DNA of 46,675 nt from an uncultured Oscillospiraceae bacterium. GTDB taxonomy: Bacteria > Bacillota > Clostridia > Christensenellales > Aristaeellaceae. The stretch lies in assembly GCA_964346145.1 (NCBI GenBank), contig CAYFTL010000002.1, positions 1 through 46,675 of the forward strand, given 5' to 3'. Position 1 is the stretch's first letter. Each line of letters opens with the position of its first letter. Below, in pieces: positions 7,962 through 16,112 of this stretch. The notes beneath the pieces are model-generated. The model saw only the letters and a list, made by a program, of their open reading frames with translations, was not told the origin of the DNA and did not search any database. The translations under genes were made by a program, and so were the position numbers.

Positions 7962-9605
7962 ATGTTTTGCAGCAACTGTGGCAAAACCCTAAAACCAGGG
8001 GATTCCCATTGCCCCCATTGTGGTGCTGCTGTGGGCAACGGCCCTTTTTCAGCCATATCTTATACCACGTCCCTGCCCGACGGAGATATGGGCACAGACG
8101 ATTTTGCCTTTGAAAGCGTAGTGCACGAAGAGGAGAGCTATGCTCCTTACACGCGCACTTCTTACACCAGCATGGAGGAGGGCGACGGGGACATATTCTC
8201 CCGGACCACCTACCGGCCGGTGTTGGATGCGCAGCAGGAGTCTGAAGCCCGGGCAGATGATTCTTCAGACGAGAGTACATCTATTGATTCGGATGAAGTC
8301 AAGGCTACCGACGAGCCTCAAACCCAGCAGGACGATGTGGCTGAGAAAGCTGCTAAGGAAGCTGTTGGCGAGGACGATCAGGAGGGCATGCAGGACGATT
8401 CCGAGATTGAGCTTACCGATGTGGATGAAAGCATTCCCGACGAGTCCATCGAGATCCCTCCGCTTCAACCCATTAGCCGCCCGGGCATTAGCGACGAAGT
8501 GAAGAGCTACATGGAGCAGGCCAAGGACCAGCGCAAGCAAACGGTCGCGGCACATTCGAAAAAAGATTTTTCGTTGGCCGGCATATTTGGAAAGAAGCAG
8601 GCCGATGAACCGGGCGAGGCTGATGCGAAGGCCGATGAAGAATTTGAATCGCTGGATGGATTTGCCGAAGACATATCTTCCGGTGAAGCCGGCGCAGCAC
8701 CGCTGAATTTGTCTGCAGAAGGTCAAGCGAAGGCCAAGGGCAAATTGGTGCTGGGACGGTTTAATTTGAAGAAAATATTGGGTGCTGCCTTTGCAGCCGT
8801 TGTTATTGTGGTGCTGTTGGTGGTGGGTATCCGCTGGATGGTAAACCTGTTTACCCCGGTAGCCAAGATTCCCGATGTTTCGGTGGAACTCTACGATAAG
8901 GGCACAACGCTCATCAAAACCCGAATAACCGATGAATACCGAAGCGAAATTGTAAAATTATATATTGATGATCCGAGCACGGCTTCTTTGGTGGACAGGC
9001 AAGAGAAAGACCTTCAGGCCTTTGACGCGCTGTTGCCCGAGGAAAGCAAGCAGAAGGCCGATGACAAAAGGTTTGTAAGCGCTCTGAAGAAAATACAGGA
9101 GGCCATCAACAATGCAACTTCGAAAGATGCCCTGGTTAGTGTGGCGGCCGACGAAGCTACAAAAACTACGCTGGCTGCCGCAGCGGACAAGGAATGGGGC
9201 CAGATCCAAAATCTGATTAAGCGGTTGGAAAGCGCCACGAGCAGAGCCGAACTCGTGGGACTTTCCGAAACGGCTGACGAGGTGTTGGCCACTCCGGAAC
9301 CCTCTCCTGAGCCTACGCCGTCTCCGTATAGCGTGCTAAAAAACGGCATGCGCGGCAGCGAGGAAATCGAAGCGCTGCAACAGCGCCTGACCGATTTGGG
9401 GTATTTCTCCAGCGAGGTGGATGGAGACTTTGGTACGAAGACCGTGCGTGCGGTCAAGGCCTTCCAGAGGGCTGTTGGCATGGATGATGATGGCATTGCC
9501 AGCGTTGAAATGCAGGAGAAGTTGTTTGCTGCGGATGCTCCGGTTGCGACGCCCAAGCCCGATGAAACACCGACCGCTGCCGCCGACGAAGGAGAAAGCG
9601 CATAA
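7962..9605 (+). CDS. zinc-ribbon / acidic disordered region / single TM / extracytoplasmic domain with a C-terminal PG_binding_1-like peptidoglycan-binding repeat
   Basis: The start is at MFCSNCGK, after the GAGGAGG ribosome-binding site. The ribbon is CxxC-x11-CxxC. The cytoplasmic region is long and D/E-rich. The TM helix is ILGAAFAAVVIVVLLVVGI. The C-terminus reads IEALQQRLTDLGYFSSEVDGDFGTKTVRAVKAFQRAVGMDDDGIA, which matches PG_binding_1. Confidence 0.7.
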   Translation: MFCSNCGKTLKPGDSHCPHCGAAVGNGPFSAISYTTSLPDGDMGTDDFAFESVVHEEESYAPYTRTSYTSMEEGDGDIFSRTTYRPVLDAQQESEARADDSSDESTSIDSDEVKATDEPQTQQDDVAEKAAKEAVGEDDQEGMQDDSEIELTDVDESIPDESIEIPPLQPISRPGISDEVKSYMEQAKDQRKQTVAAHSKKDFSLAGIFGKKQADEPGEADAKADEEFESLDGFAEDISSGEAGAAPLNLSAEGQAKAKGKLVLGRFNLKKILGAAFAAVVIVVLLVVGIRWMVNLFTPVAKIPDVSVELYDKGTTLIKTRITDEYRSEIVKLYIDDPSTASLVDRQEKDLQAFDALLPEESKQKADDKRFVSALKKIQEAINNATSKDALVSVAADEATKTTLAAAADKEWGQIQNLIKRLESATSRAELVGLSETADEVLATPEPSPEPTPSPYSVLKNGMRGSEEIEALQQRLTDLGYFSSEVDGDFGTKTVRAVKAFQRAVGMDDDGIASVEMQEKLFAADAPVATPKPDETPTAAADEGESA

Positions 9606-9675
9606 GCTGCGTTTAAGGTTCGGGGAAAATGGAAAAGTGTAAGCAGTTTGAGTGATACGGTATAAGATGATTTTT

Positions 9676-9718
9676 AAAAACAGGCATGCAGAGATTTTTG
9701 TGTGCCTGTTTTTTTGTT
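9676..9718 (+). terminator. rho-independent terminator (AAAACAGGCA...TGCCTGTTTTTTT)
   Basis: A GC-rich hairpin followed by a T-run lies about 70 nt after the 9605 stop. A second short hairpin, TTGTGCTTcgcacgcatgcAAAGCACAA, follows it. Confidence 0.6.
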
Positions 9719-9791
9719 TTTGTTGTGCTTCGCACGCATGCAAAGCACAACAAAAAGGCTGTGTATTGCGAGGGCGGCGATTGGGCCGTGA

Positions 9792-9819
9792 TTACAATCC
9801 GGATAATGTTTGTTATAAT
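9792..9819 (+). promoter_or_regulatory. candidate promoter (-35 TTACAA, 16-nt spacer, extended -10 TGTTATAAT)
   Basis: Read directly from the sequence. It lies upstream of the 9853 CDS. Confidence 0.4.
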
Positions 9820-9852
9820 AAGGCGAGAGACTGAAGATAGGAAGAACGATGG

Positions 9853-10615
9853 TATGCGATACAAGCTCATAGGTTGCAAGGTGTTCATGCGCGAACTGTA
9901 CCAGCTTTGCGCTCACAGCCATAATACGGTAGAGATTATATGGATGCGCGAAGGGTTACATTCGGTGCCCGGCCAGCTCAGAAATGAATTGCAAAAAACC
10001 ATAGACCATATTGAAGATGAGATGGAGCGCTATCCGCAGGAGCAAGGTTATGACGCTATATTGCTTGGCTACGGCTTGTGTTCGATGGGGGTGATCGGCT
10101 TGCACACCCGCAAGCTGCCGCTGGTGGTTGCGCGCGCCCACGATTGTATTACTCTTTTGCTGGGTGATCGCCAAAGATATAGGCAACTGTTCGATGCACA
10201 TTCGGGGGGCGTATATTGGTATTCCCCAGGCTGGATAGAGCAGTTTAAGACGGCCGGGCGCGGGCGAGATGAGGAGGAGGCCAAATACGCGGAGTATGTG
10301 GAAAAATATGGCGAGGACAATGCGCTTTACCTGTTGGAGGTCGAGCGCAGCTGGACCAGCCACTACGAATGCGCCGCCTTTATCAAATGGCCCGAGCTGG
10401 AAACGCACCGGCTGGAAGAGTTTGCCCGGCAAGCGGCGCTGGAGAATCGGCTCGCATACAAACAGGTGGATGGCAGCAGCCAGCTGCTGGGCAAGATGAT
10501 TGCGGGGGAGTGGGCTGACGATGATGTGCTGGTGCTGAAACCGGGTGAGATGTTGGCGGCATCCAACGACGATGGGATCTTTTTTGCCCAAGAGGCCTGC
10601 GCGCAATCGATTTAA
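9853..10615 (+). CDS. hypothetical cytoplasmic protein, possibly DUF1638-like
   Basis: The start was chosen at MRYKLIGCKVF, after the AGGAAG ribosome-binding site. The ORF-track N-terminus from 9686 overlaps the terminator hairpins. Conserved-looking Cys/His positions are LLGYGLCSMG and ARAHDCITLLLG. No TM helix and no signal peptide. Confidence 0.5.
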
Positions 10616-10753
10616 CCAAGAATTTACGGGTTGAGGCGCAAACATTCCTTTTTGTGCGGGGTTTGCGGAAGTATTCTTATCTCCGCAACGGTTTACAGAA
10701 GTGAAATAATCGCCTATAATCAATTAGATAATACTTATTTGGGAGGGTTTTTG

Positions 10754-12154
10754 ATGACGACTAGTTACACCATAAAGCAATTGTTTAGAAACATGCCTGC
10801 GCAAGATTTGGAAAACGTACGCGTCAATGGTTGGGTACGCACGGCGCGCGAATCCAAGAATTTTGCTTTCGTCGAACTGAATGATGGCAGTTTCTTTAAA
10901 AACATTCAAGTTGTTTTAGAGGAGAATAACCTTCCCAATTACCGCGAAATCATGAAGGAAGTTGGCGTGGGTGCCGCGCTTAATGTTCAGGGCAAGCTGG
11001 TGCTTACTCCCGGGATGAAGCAACCCTTTGAGATAAAAGCCGAGGCGGTTGAAATCGTGGGGGAGAGCCCCTCCGACTATCCGCTGCAGAAAAAACGCCA
11101 TTCCGTCGAGTTTTTGCGCTCGATTAGCCATCTACGTCCGCGCGCCAACCTGTTTCAATGCGCGTTCAGGGTACGGTCGGTGGTCTCCCAGGCCATCCAT
11201 CGCTTTATGCACGAGCGGGACTTTACCTATGTGCACACGCCGCTGATTACCACCAGCGATGCCGAGGGCGCCGGCGAAATGTTCCACGTGACTACGCTGG
11301 ACTTAGACAACCCGCCGCACAGCCAAGAAGGCAAGGTGGACTATAGCCAAGACTTTTTTGGAAAACCGGTGTACCTTACGGTAAGCGGGCAGCTCAATGC
11401 GGAAGCGCTGGCCATGGCTTTTCGCAACGTATATACCTTTGGGCCCACCTTCCGCGCGGAAAACAGCTATACGCCCCGCCATGCGGCCGAGTTTTGGATG
11501 GTGGAACCCGAGATAGCCTTTGCCGACCTGGCCGATGATATGCAGCTGCAGGAAGATATGGTCAAATATTTGATCCGTGCGGTGTTGGACGAGTTGCCCG
11601 AAGAAATGGAGTTTTTGGATAGTTTTGTGTCTAAAGGACTGATCGACAGGCTAAGCGCCGTGTACGAAGCCGACTTTGCCCGGGTGAGTTACACCGAGGC
11701 GGTTGAGCTGCTTAAAAAGAGTGGCAAGGAATTTGAGTATCCGGTGTTTTGGGGCTGCGATTTGCAGACCGAACACGAGCGCTATCTGGCCGAAGAATAC
11801 TTTAAAGGCCCGGTGTTTGTGACCGATTATCCCAAGGAGATTAAATCCTTTTACATGCGCCTGAACGACGATGGCAAGACGGTGGCGGCCTCGGATTTGA
11901 TGGTACCCGGCATCGGCGAGCTATGCGGTGGCAGCCAACGCGAAGAGCGCCACGATGTGCTGGTGGAGCGTATGAACGAGCTGGGAATAGGGTTGGAGAA
12001 CTATCATTGGTATTTGGAGTTGCGCAAATTTGGCACGGTTCCCCACGCCGGTTTTGGCATGGGGCTGGACAGGTTCATCATGTACCTAACTGGTGTGTCC
12101 AACATTCGCGACGTGCTGCCCTTCCCAAGAACTCCGAAAAGCGCAGAATTTTAA
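10754..12154 (+). CDS. asnS: asparagine--tRNA ligase
   Basis: The start is at [11 protein letters not shown], after the GGGAGGG ribosome-binding site. The class IIb motifs [33 protein letters not shown] and GFGMGLDRF are present. Confidence 0.9.
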   Translation: MTTSYTIKQLFRNMPAQDLENVRVNGWVRTARESKNFAFVELNDGSFFKNIQVVLEENNLPNYREIMKEVGVGAALNVQGKLVLTPGMKQPFEIKAEAVEIVGESPSDYPLQKKRHSVEFLRSISHLRPRANLFQCAFRVRSVVSQAIHRFMHERDFTYVHTPLITTSDAEGAGEMFHVTTLDLDNPPHSQEGKVDYSQDFFGKPVYLTVSGQLNAEALAMAFRNVYTFGPTFRAENSYTPRHAAEFWMVEPEIAFADLADDMQLQEDMVKYLIRAVLDELPEEMEFLDSFVSKGLIDRLSAVYEADFARVSYTEAVELLKKSGKEFEYPVFWGCDLQTEHERYLAEEYFKGPVFVTDYPKEIKSFYMRLNDDGKTVAASDLMVPGIGELCGGSQREERHDVLVERMNELGIGLENYHWYLELRKFGTVPHAGFGMGLDRFIMYLTGVSNIRDVLPFPRTPKSAEF

Positions 12155-12159
12155 ACGCG

Positions 12160-12195
12160 TTCCGGCCTGATGCAACGATCGGGCCGGAATTTTTA
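12160..12195 (+). terminator. rho-independent terminator of asnS
   Basis: TTCCGGCC-tgatgcaacgatcg-GGCCGGAA followed by TTTTT. Confidence 0.75.
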
Positions 12196-12235
12196 TGGGC
12201 GATGGGGTTTTGATTTTTGCAACAGGTGCCGGGAA

Positions 12236-12264
12236 TTGACAAAAATCAGGTTTTGATATATAGT
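12236..12264 (+). promoter_or_regulatory. sigA promoter (-35 TTGACA, 17-nt spacer, -10 TATAGT)
   Basis: Perfect -35 and exact 17-nt spacing. It drives the riboswitch-queT transcript. Confidence 0.6.
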
Positions 12265-12288
12265 GACAAGCGCTATAGGCGATATAAT

Positions 12289-12349
12289 AGACAGTTCGAA
12301 ACCCTCCTGTCTCAAAACAAAACTAGGCGTGGCGCTTTGGCGCCTTTTG
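12289..12349 (+). promoter_or_regulatory. preQ1-I (class I) riboswitch aptamer plus an intrinsic terminator expression platform
   Basis: The aptamer is AGACAG-UUCGAAACCCUC-CUGUCU-CAAAACAAAACUAGG, a 6-bp stem-loop with an A-rich tail. Compare the B. subtilis queC aptamer AGAGGUUCUAGCUACACCCUCUAUAAAAAACUAAGG. It is followed directly by GGCGCuuugGCGCC-UUUU. A QueT-family gene lies immediately downstream. Confidence 0.7.
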
Positions 12350-12407
12350 TTTGCGCGGAAGGTTTCCGTGCTTTTTCTATTAATCAAAAGAAAACAGGAG
12401 GCGCATC

Positions 12408-12896
12408 ATGAATAATATTCGTTTTTCTACGAAAAAACTGGCGGTTTCGGGGGTGCTAGCGGCCATCTATGTGGTTATTACGCTGTTGCTTCGCCCTATC
12501 AGCTATGGGCAGATTCAGGTACGCGTAGCCGAAGCGCTCGCCATGCTGCCGGTTTTCGGCACGACACCGGTACCTGGTCTGTTTGTGGGGTGTTTGATTG
12601 CAAACTTCTTGGGTGGGGCGAACGGTGTGAACTTGGTGGACACGATCTTTGGCTCATTAACGACCTTGGTCGCTGCTTGCTTAACTTATGCGCTGCGCCG
12701 CCGTCCGTTGGTGGCTGGCCTTCCTCCCGTGGCTTTAAACGCCGTGGTCGTCGGGCTTACGCTTCACTATACCGCCGGGCTTCCACTGCTCATTACCATG
12801 CTGTGGGTTGGGCTGGGACAGGCGATTGCGGTGTACGGGCTTGGTTTGCCGCTGATGCATGCGATCAAAAAGCTGCCTCGAAATCCCTTTGAGTAG
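12408..12896 (+). CDS. queT: QueT-family queuosine-precursor (preQ1/preQ0) transporter (ECF S-component-like)
   Basis: The 162-aa product is a multi-pass membrane protein (MNNIRFSTKKLAVSGVLAAIYVVITLLLRPISYGQIQVRVAEALAML). It has an AGGAGG ribosome-binding site and sits directly after the preQ1 riboswitch. Confidence 0.75.
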   Translation: MNNIRFSTKKLAVSGVLAAIYVVITLLLRPISYGQIQVRVAEALAMLPVFGTTPVPGLFVGCLIANFLGGANGVNLVDTIFGSLTTLVAACLTYALRRRPLVAGLPPVALNAVVVGLTLHYTAGLPLLITMLWVGLGQAIAVYGLGLPLMHAIKKLPRNPFE

Positions 12897-12980
12897 CCTT
12901 TGAAATCACGAACCATTTGTAAATGTTTCAATATTATTCAAAAAACAGACCGAATTCCGATGTTTTTGGGTATATTTTGC

Positions 12981-13009
12981 TTGAAATTGTAACAACTTTG
13001 CAATATAAT
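12981..13009 (+). promoter_or_regulatory. sigA promoter (-35 TTGAAA, 17-nt spacer, -10 TATAAT)
   Basis: Exact consensus spacing. It lies in an AT-rich region upstream of the first SH3b paralog. Confidence 0.5.
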
Positions 13010-13077
13010 AAGAAAAGCTTATAACATTCGGGTCATAAGTATAGAATTTGAAAGTATTGCAAGGAAGGTGCTCAACA

Positions 13078-14295
13078 TTGGAACCTGATTCGATAGCAAA
13101 CAGAGCTAAGAAGTTGGTCGCATCGTTGGCCGTGATCCTCATCATATTTGCAGCTATGCCGGCAAGCGCTTGGGCGGCAAAAGCCGGAGACACATACAAA
13201 GTGAATGTCTCCTCGGTAAAGCTTCGCGCCAAAGCGTCCAGCAAGGGGAAAGCTGTAAAGACCTTAAAAAAAGGCAATCAAGTGGAAATACTGGCTGATA
13301 AGGGAGCCTGGGTTAAGGTAAAAATCGGTGGGAAGACCGGATATGTTCAGGAGAAGAAGCTCAAAAAAGTTTCCAAGGCTAAAGAATCTACGTCCTCAAA
13401 GAAGATTGAAGTTGCTCATGCGAATGGCAATGTGAAATCCACAAAGTCTTGTACTATCTACAAAGAGAATTCTACCAAGTCCAAAAAAGTGATCAAGATT
13501 AAAAAAGGTGTAAAGCTGACTTTAACCGGGTCGGTAGGCAGCTGGTATAAAGTCAAAACGGCTTCGGGCAAGGTGGGCTTTGTAAAACAGTCTTGCGTCA
13601 AAAAGGTAACCGAATCTACGGAAACCAAATATACTACCCTCAAAAAAGGCAGCAAGGGCAGCAAAGTCAAGAAGCTGCAGCAGCGCCTGAACGAGCTGGG
13701 CTATTTAAACAAGAATAAAATCAACAGCAAATACGACTCTTCTACCGTGAATGCGGTGAAGGCATTCCAGAAAGCAGCCAAGCTGAGCACTAAGAACGGC
13801 ACGGCCAATGCAGTTACGCAAAAAGTGCTGTACGCATCCGACGCGCCTAAGAAATCCGGCTCTTCAAAAAACGATACCAATTCCAGTGGCGTAATGAAGA
13901 TGGACTGGTTTAAAAATAACATGAACTCGATCTTCCCTCGCCGCAGCTACGCATACATTGAGGATGTGAAGACCGGCACCCGCATTAAGATTCGCCGGGT
14001 AGGGGGAAGCAAGCACGCCGATATTGAGCCGGCGACCGCGAGCGATACCGCTAAACTCAAAAAGCTGTACGGTGGATCCTGGTCCTGGAACAGCCGCTCT
14101 GTGATCCTAGAGGTGGACGGCAAGCGCATTGCAGGGGCGATCAACGGCATGCCCCACGGCGACGGAATCAGCACCACCAACAATTTTGACGGACATTTTT
14201 GTTTGCACCTGACCAACAGCAGATGCCATGGATCGGATAAAATCAACCAGGCGCATCAAAAGGCCATCGAATACGCTTTTAAAAACGCCAAATAA
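13078..14295 (+). CDS. secreted cell-wall-associated protein: signal peptide, SH3b-like repeats, a PG_binding_1 repeat and a conserved C-terminal His/Cys domain (candidate YkuD-like L,D-transpeptidase or other cysteine hydrolase)
   Basis: A TTG start at 13078 follows the AAGGAAGG ribosome-binding site. The ORF-track alternative is a TTG at 13048. The signal peptide is LVASLAVILIIFAAMPASAWA. The SH3b-like repeats read ...KKG..V....G.W.KVK..GKTGYV. The PG-binding repeat reads LQQRLNELGYL...AVKAFQKAAKL. The C-terminal domain carries YGGSWSW, NGMPHGDG and FDGHFCLHLTNSR. Confidence 0.7.
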   Translation: MEPDSIANRAKKLVASLAVILIIFAAMPASAWAAKAGDTYKVNVSSVKLRAKASSKGKAVKTLKKGNQVEILADKGAWVKVKIGGKTGYVQEKKLKKVSKAKESTSSKKIEVAHANGNVKSTKSCTIYKENSTKSKKVIKIKKGVKLTLTGSVGSWYKVKTASGKVGFVKQSCVKKVTESTETKYTTLKKGSKGSKVKKLQQRLNELGYLNKNKINSKYDSSTVNAVKAFQKAAKLSTKNGTANAVTQKVLYASDAPKKSGSSKNDTNSSGVMKMDWFKNNMNSIFPRRSYAYIEDVKTGTRIKIRRVGGSKHADIEPATASDTAKLKKLYGGSWSWNSRSVILEVDGKRIAGAINGMPHGDGISTTNNFDGHFCLHLTNSRCHGSDKINQAHQKAIEYAFKNAK

Positions 14296-14314
14296 GATGA
14301 TATAGAAATATTTT

Positions 14315-14351
14315 AAAAAGGATCTCCACCCATGGGTGGAGATCCTTTTTG
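14315..14351 (+). terminator. rho-independent terminator (perfect 15-bp palindrome AAAAAGGATCTCCACCC-atg-GGTGGAGATCCTTTTT)
   Basis: Read directly from the sequence. It lies about 20 nt after the 14295 stop. Confidence 0.8.
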
Positions 14352-14508
14352 TGCTGCGATGACATATGCGCGAACTTTGTTCTCTGCCTTTAAGATATCA
14401 ATTTTAATACGCAAACTTAATAAGACGCTGTAAGGCGCATAAATGTTGCGAAAATTGTTTGGTTATTGTTTAAATATTGCGATTTCGTCATATATTTGAA
14501 TAATTTGC

Positions 14509-14537
14509 TTGATTTTGAAACAGTTTTGTAATATAAT
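14509..14537 (+). promoter_or_regulatory. sigA promoter (-35 TTGATT, 17-nt spacer, -10 TATAAT), paralogous to the promoter at 12981
   Basis: Compare ttgcttgattttgaaacagttttgtaatataat here with ttgcttgaaattgtaacaactttgcaatataat upstream of the first paralog. Confidence 0.5.
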
Positions 14538-14594
14538 GCCAGTTATGAGTTGAACCCCTGTTTGTGATCCAGCTTAAGGAGGCATTACCAAATC

Positions 14595-16052
14595 ATGGAA
14601 ACTCAAAGTAAACTAGTCAAACGCATTGCGCTAGTAGCAATGATCTTATTTGTATTGCCGTTTCTTCAGATCAATGCGGAAGCGGCCAGTGCAAAGCTAC
14701 AGGTTACGGCTTCTCAAATCAAAATACGCAAGAGCGCATCCGCCAGTTCAAAGGCGTTGGTGAGCGCGAAAAAGGGCGCAACCCTCAAAAAAGAGGGTTC
14801 GTCGGGAAGTTGGTACAAGGTCAGCTATCAGGGCAAGACCGGCTATGTGAAAAAGAGCCAGGTAGAGGTTAAGGACTCCGACGATGACAAGGCCGAATCC
14901 ATAAAAATTACGGCTAAGAAAGCTTATCTGTATAAGAGCAGCAAGACGAGTTCCAAAAAATTGAGCACGCTTAAAAAGGGCAAAAAGGTAACCTTGCTCA
15001 AAAAGGTGGACGACGGAAAGTGGCTTAAAGTAAAGGTGGGCGGGAAAACAGGCTATATTTTAAGCAAAAACACCGAGCTGGCCAAAGACATAAAGTCTGC
15101 TGAAAATGAATACAAGACTTTGAAAAAAGGAGACAAGGGCGAGGCGGTCAAAAAGCTGCAAAAACGGCTCAAGGAGCTGGGCTATTTTGACGGCAACGTG
15201 GCGGGCAACTACTACAGCATAACCGCTAAGGCGGTAAAGGAATTCCAGAAGGCTGCCGACATTAAGGCGACGGGCAACGCCAACGTAGCCACCCAGAAGG
15301 CATTGTTTGCAAGCGACGCGCCCAAGAAGTCGGACGCTAAGAACGAAAAGAACGATAAGAATGAATACAAGGCTTTAAAAAAGGGTGATAAAGGCGAGGC
15401 AGTCAAAAAGCTGCAAAAACGGCTCAAGGAGCTGGGCTATTTTGACGGCAACGTGGCGGGCAACTACTACAGCATAACCGCTAAGGCGGTAAAGGAATTC
15501 CAGAAGGCTGCCGACATTAAGGCGACGGGCAACGCCAACGTAGCCACCCAGAAGGCGCTGTTTGCCAGCAACGCGCCCAAGAAATCGGACGCCAAAAAGG
15601 GCGATGCGACTTCGGATAAAAAGGATTCCGATAAGAAAAGCTCCAAGGTAAAAGAGGCCGACTGGTGGACCAGCAATATCCAGCAGGTGTTCGCCCGGGG
15701 CACCACGGCCACCATTACCGATGTGGCTACCGGAATTTCCTGGAAGGAACAGCGCCGCGGCGGCACCAACCACGCCGACGTTCAACCGCTCACTGCGGCG
15801 GATACCGCAAAAATGAAGCAGGCTTACGGCGGCAGCTGGTCTTGGGACCGCAGGGCTGTGTGGGTGACGGTAGGCGGACAAACCTACGCTGCGTCTATGA
15901 ACGGCATGCCCCACGGCGGTGGCTCGATTCAAGGCAACGATTTCAACGGGCACCACTGCATTCACTTTACCAACAGCCGAACCCATGGCGGAAACCGTTT
16001 GGATCCAGCTCACCAGGCAGCCGTCAAAAAGGCGCTGGAAGCCGGAAAATAA
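14595..16052 (+). CDS. paralog of the 13078-14295 protein: signal peptide, three SH3b-like modules, two near-identical PG_binding_1 repeats and the same conserved C-terminal His/Cys domain
   Basis: The ribosome-binding site is AAGGAGG. The signal peptide is LVAMILFVLPFLQINAEA. The C-terminal domain reads ...YGGSWSWDRR...NGMPHGGG...FNGHHCIHFTNSRTHG, which aligns with the first paralog. Confidence 0.75.
   Translation: METQSKLVKRIALVAMILFVLPFLQINAEAASAKLQVTASQIKIRKSASASSKALVSAKKGATLKKEGSSGSWYKVSYQGKTGYVKKSQVEVKDSDDDKAESIKITAKKAYLYKSSKTSSKKLSTLKKGKKVTLLKKVDDGKWLKVKVGGKTGYILSKNTELAKDIKSAENEYKTLKKGDKGEAVKKLQKRLKELGYFDGNVAGNYYSITAKAVKEFQKAADIKATGNANVATQKALFASDAPKKSDAKNEKNDKNEYKALKKGDKGEAVKKLQKRLKELGYFDGNVAGNYYSITAKAVKEFQKAADIKATGNANVATQKALFASNAPKKSDAKKGDATSDKKDSDKKSSKVKEADWWTSNIQQVFARGTTATITDVATGISWKEQRRGGTNHADVQPLTAADTAKMKQAYGGSWSWDRRAVWVTVGGQTYAASMNGMPHGGGSIQGNDFNGHHCIHFTNSRTHGGNRLDPAHQAAVKKALEAGK
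15108..15617. repeat. intragenic direct tandem duplication, 2 x 255 bp (85 codons), including a 155-bp perfectly identical core (15147-15301 = 15402-15556)
   Basis: The sequence gtcaaaaagctgcaaaaacggctcaaggagctgggctattttgacggcaacgtggcgggcaactactacagcataaccgctaaggcggtaaaggaattccagaaggctgccgacattaaggcgacgggcaacgccaacgtagccacccagaaggc occurs twice. It duplicates the PG-binding repeat. The antisense ORFs 15212-15427 and 15467-15769 are echoes of this repeat. Confidence 0.85.
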
Positions 16053-16065
16053 GCAGATTATAAAA

Positions 16066-16112
16066 AGAGCAGCACCGATTATGACAATCGGTGCTGCTTT
16101 ATTTCTGTTTTT
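16066..16112. terminator. bidirectional rho-independent terminator shared by the 14595-16052 gene (+) and surE (-)
   Basis: AGCAGCACCGATT-atgac-AATCGGTGCTGCT is flanked by a T-run on the + strand (TTTATTTCTGTTTTT) and by a T-rich tail on the - strand. Confidence 0.75.

Noticed and set aside
9956-10723. 255-aa - strand ORF antisense to the DUF1638-like gene
   Set aside because: No ribosome-binding site and no recognisable domains. It overlaps a sense ORF that has a ribosome-binding site. Its 3' end would overlap the asnS leader.
12160-12300. Considered a T-box leader between asnS-associated sequences and queT
   Set aside because: Too short. It lacks the specifier loop and T-box motif (AATTAGGGTGGNACCGCG). 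The element is instead a good fit to a preQ1-I riboswitch.
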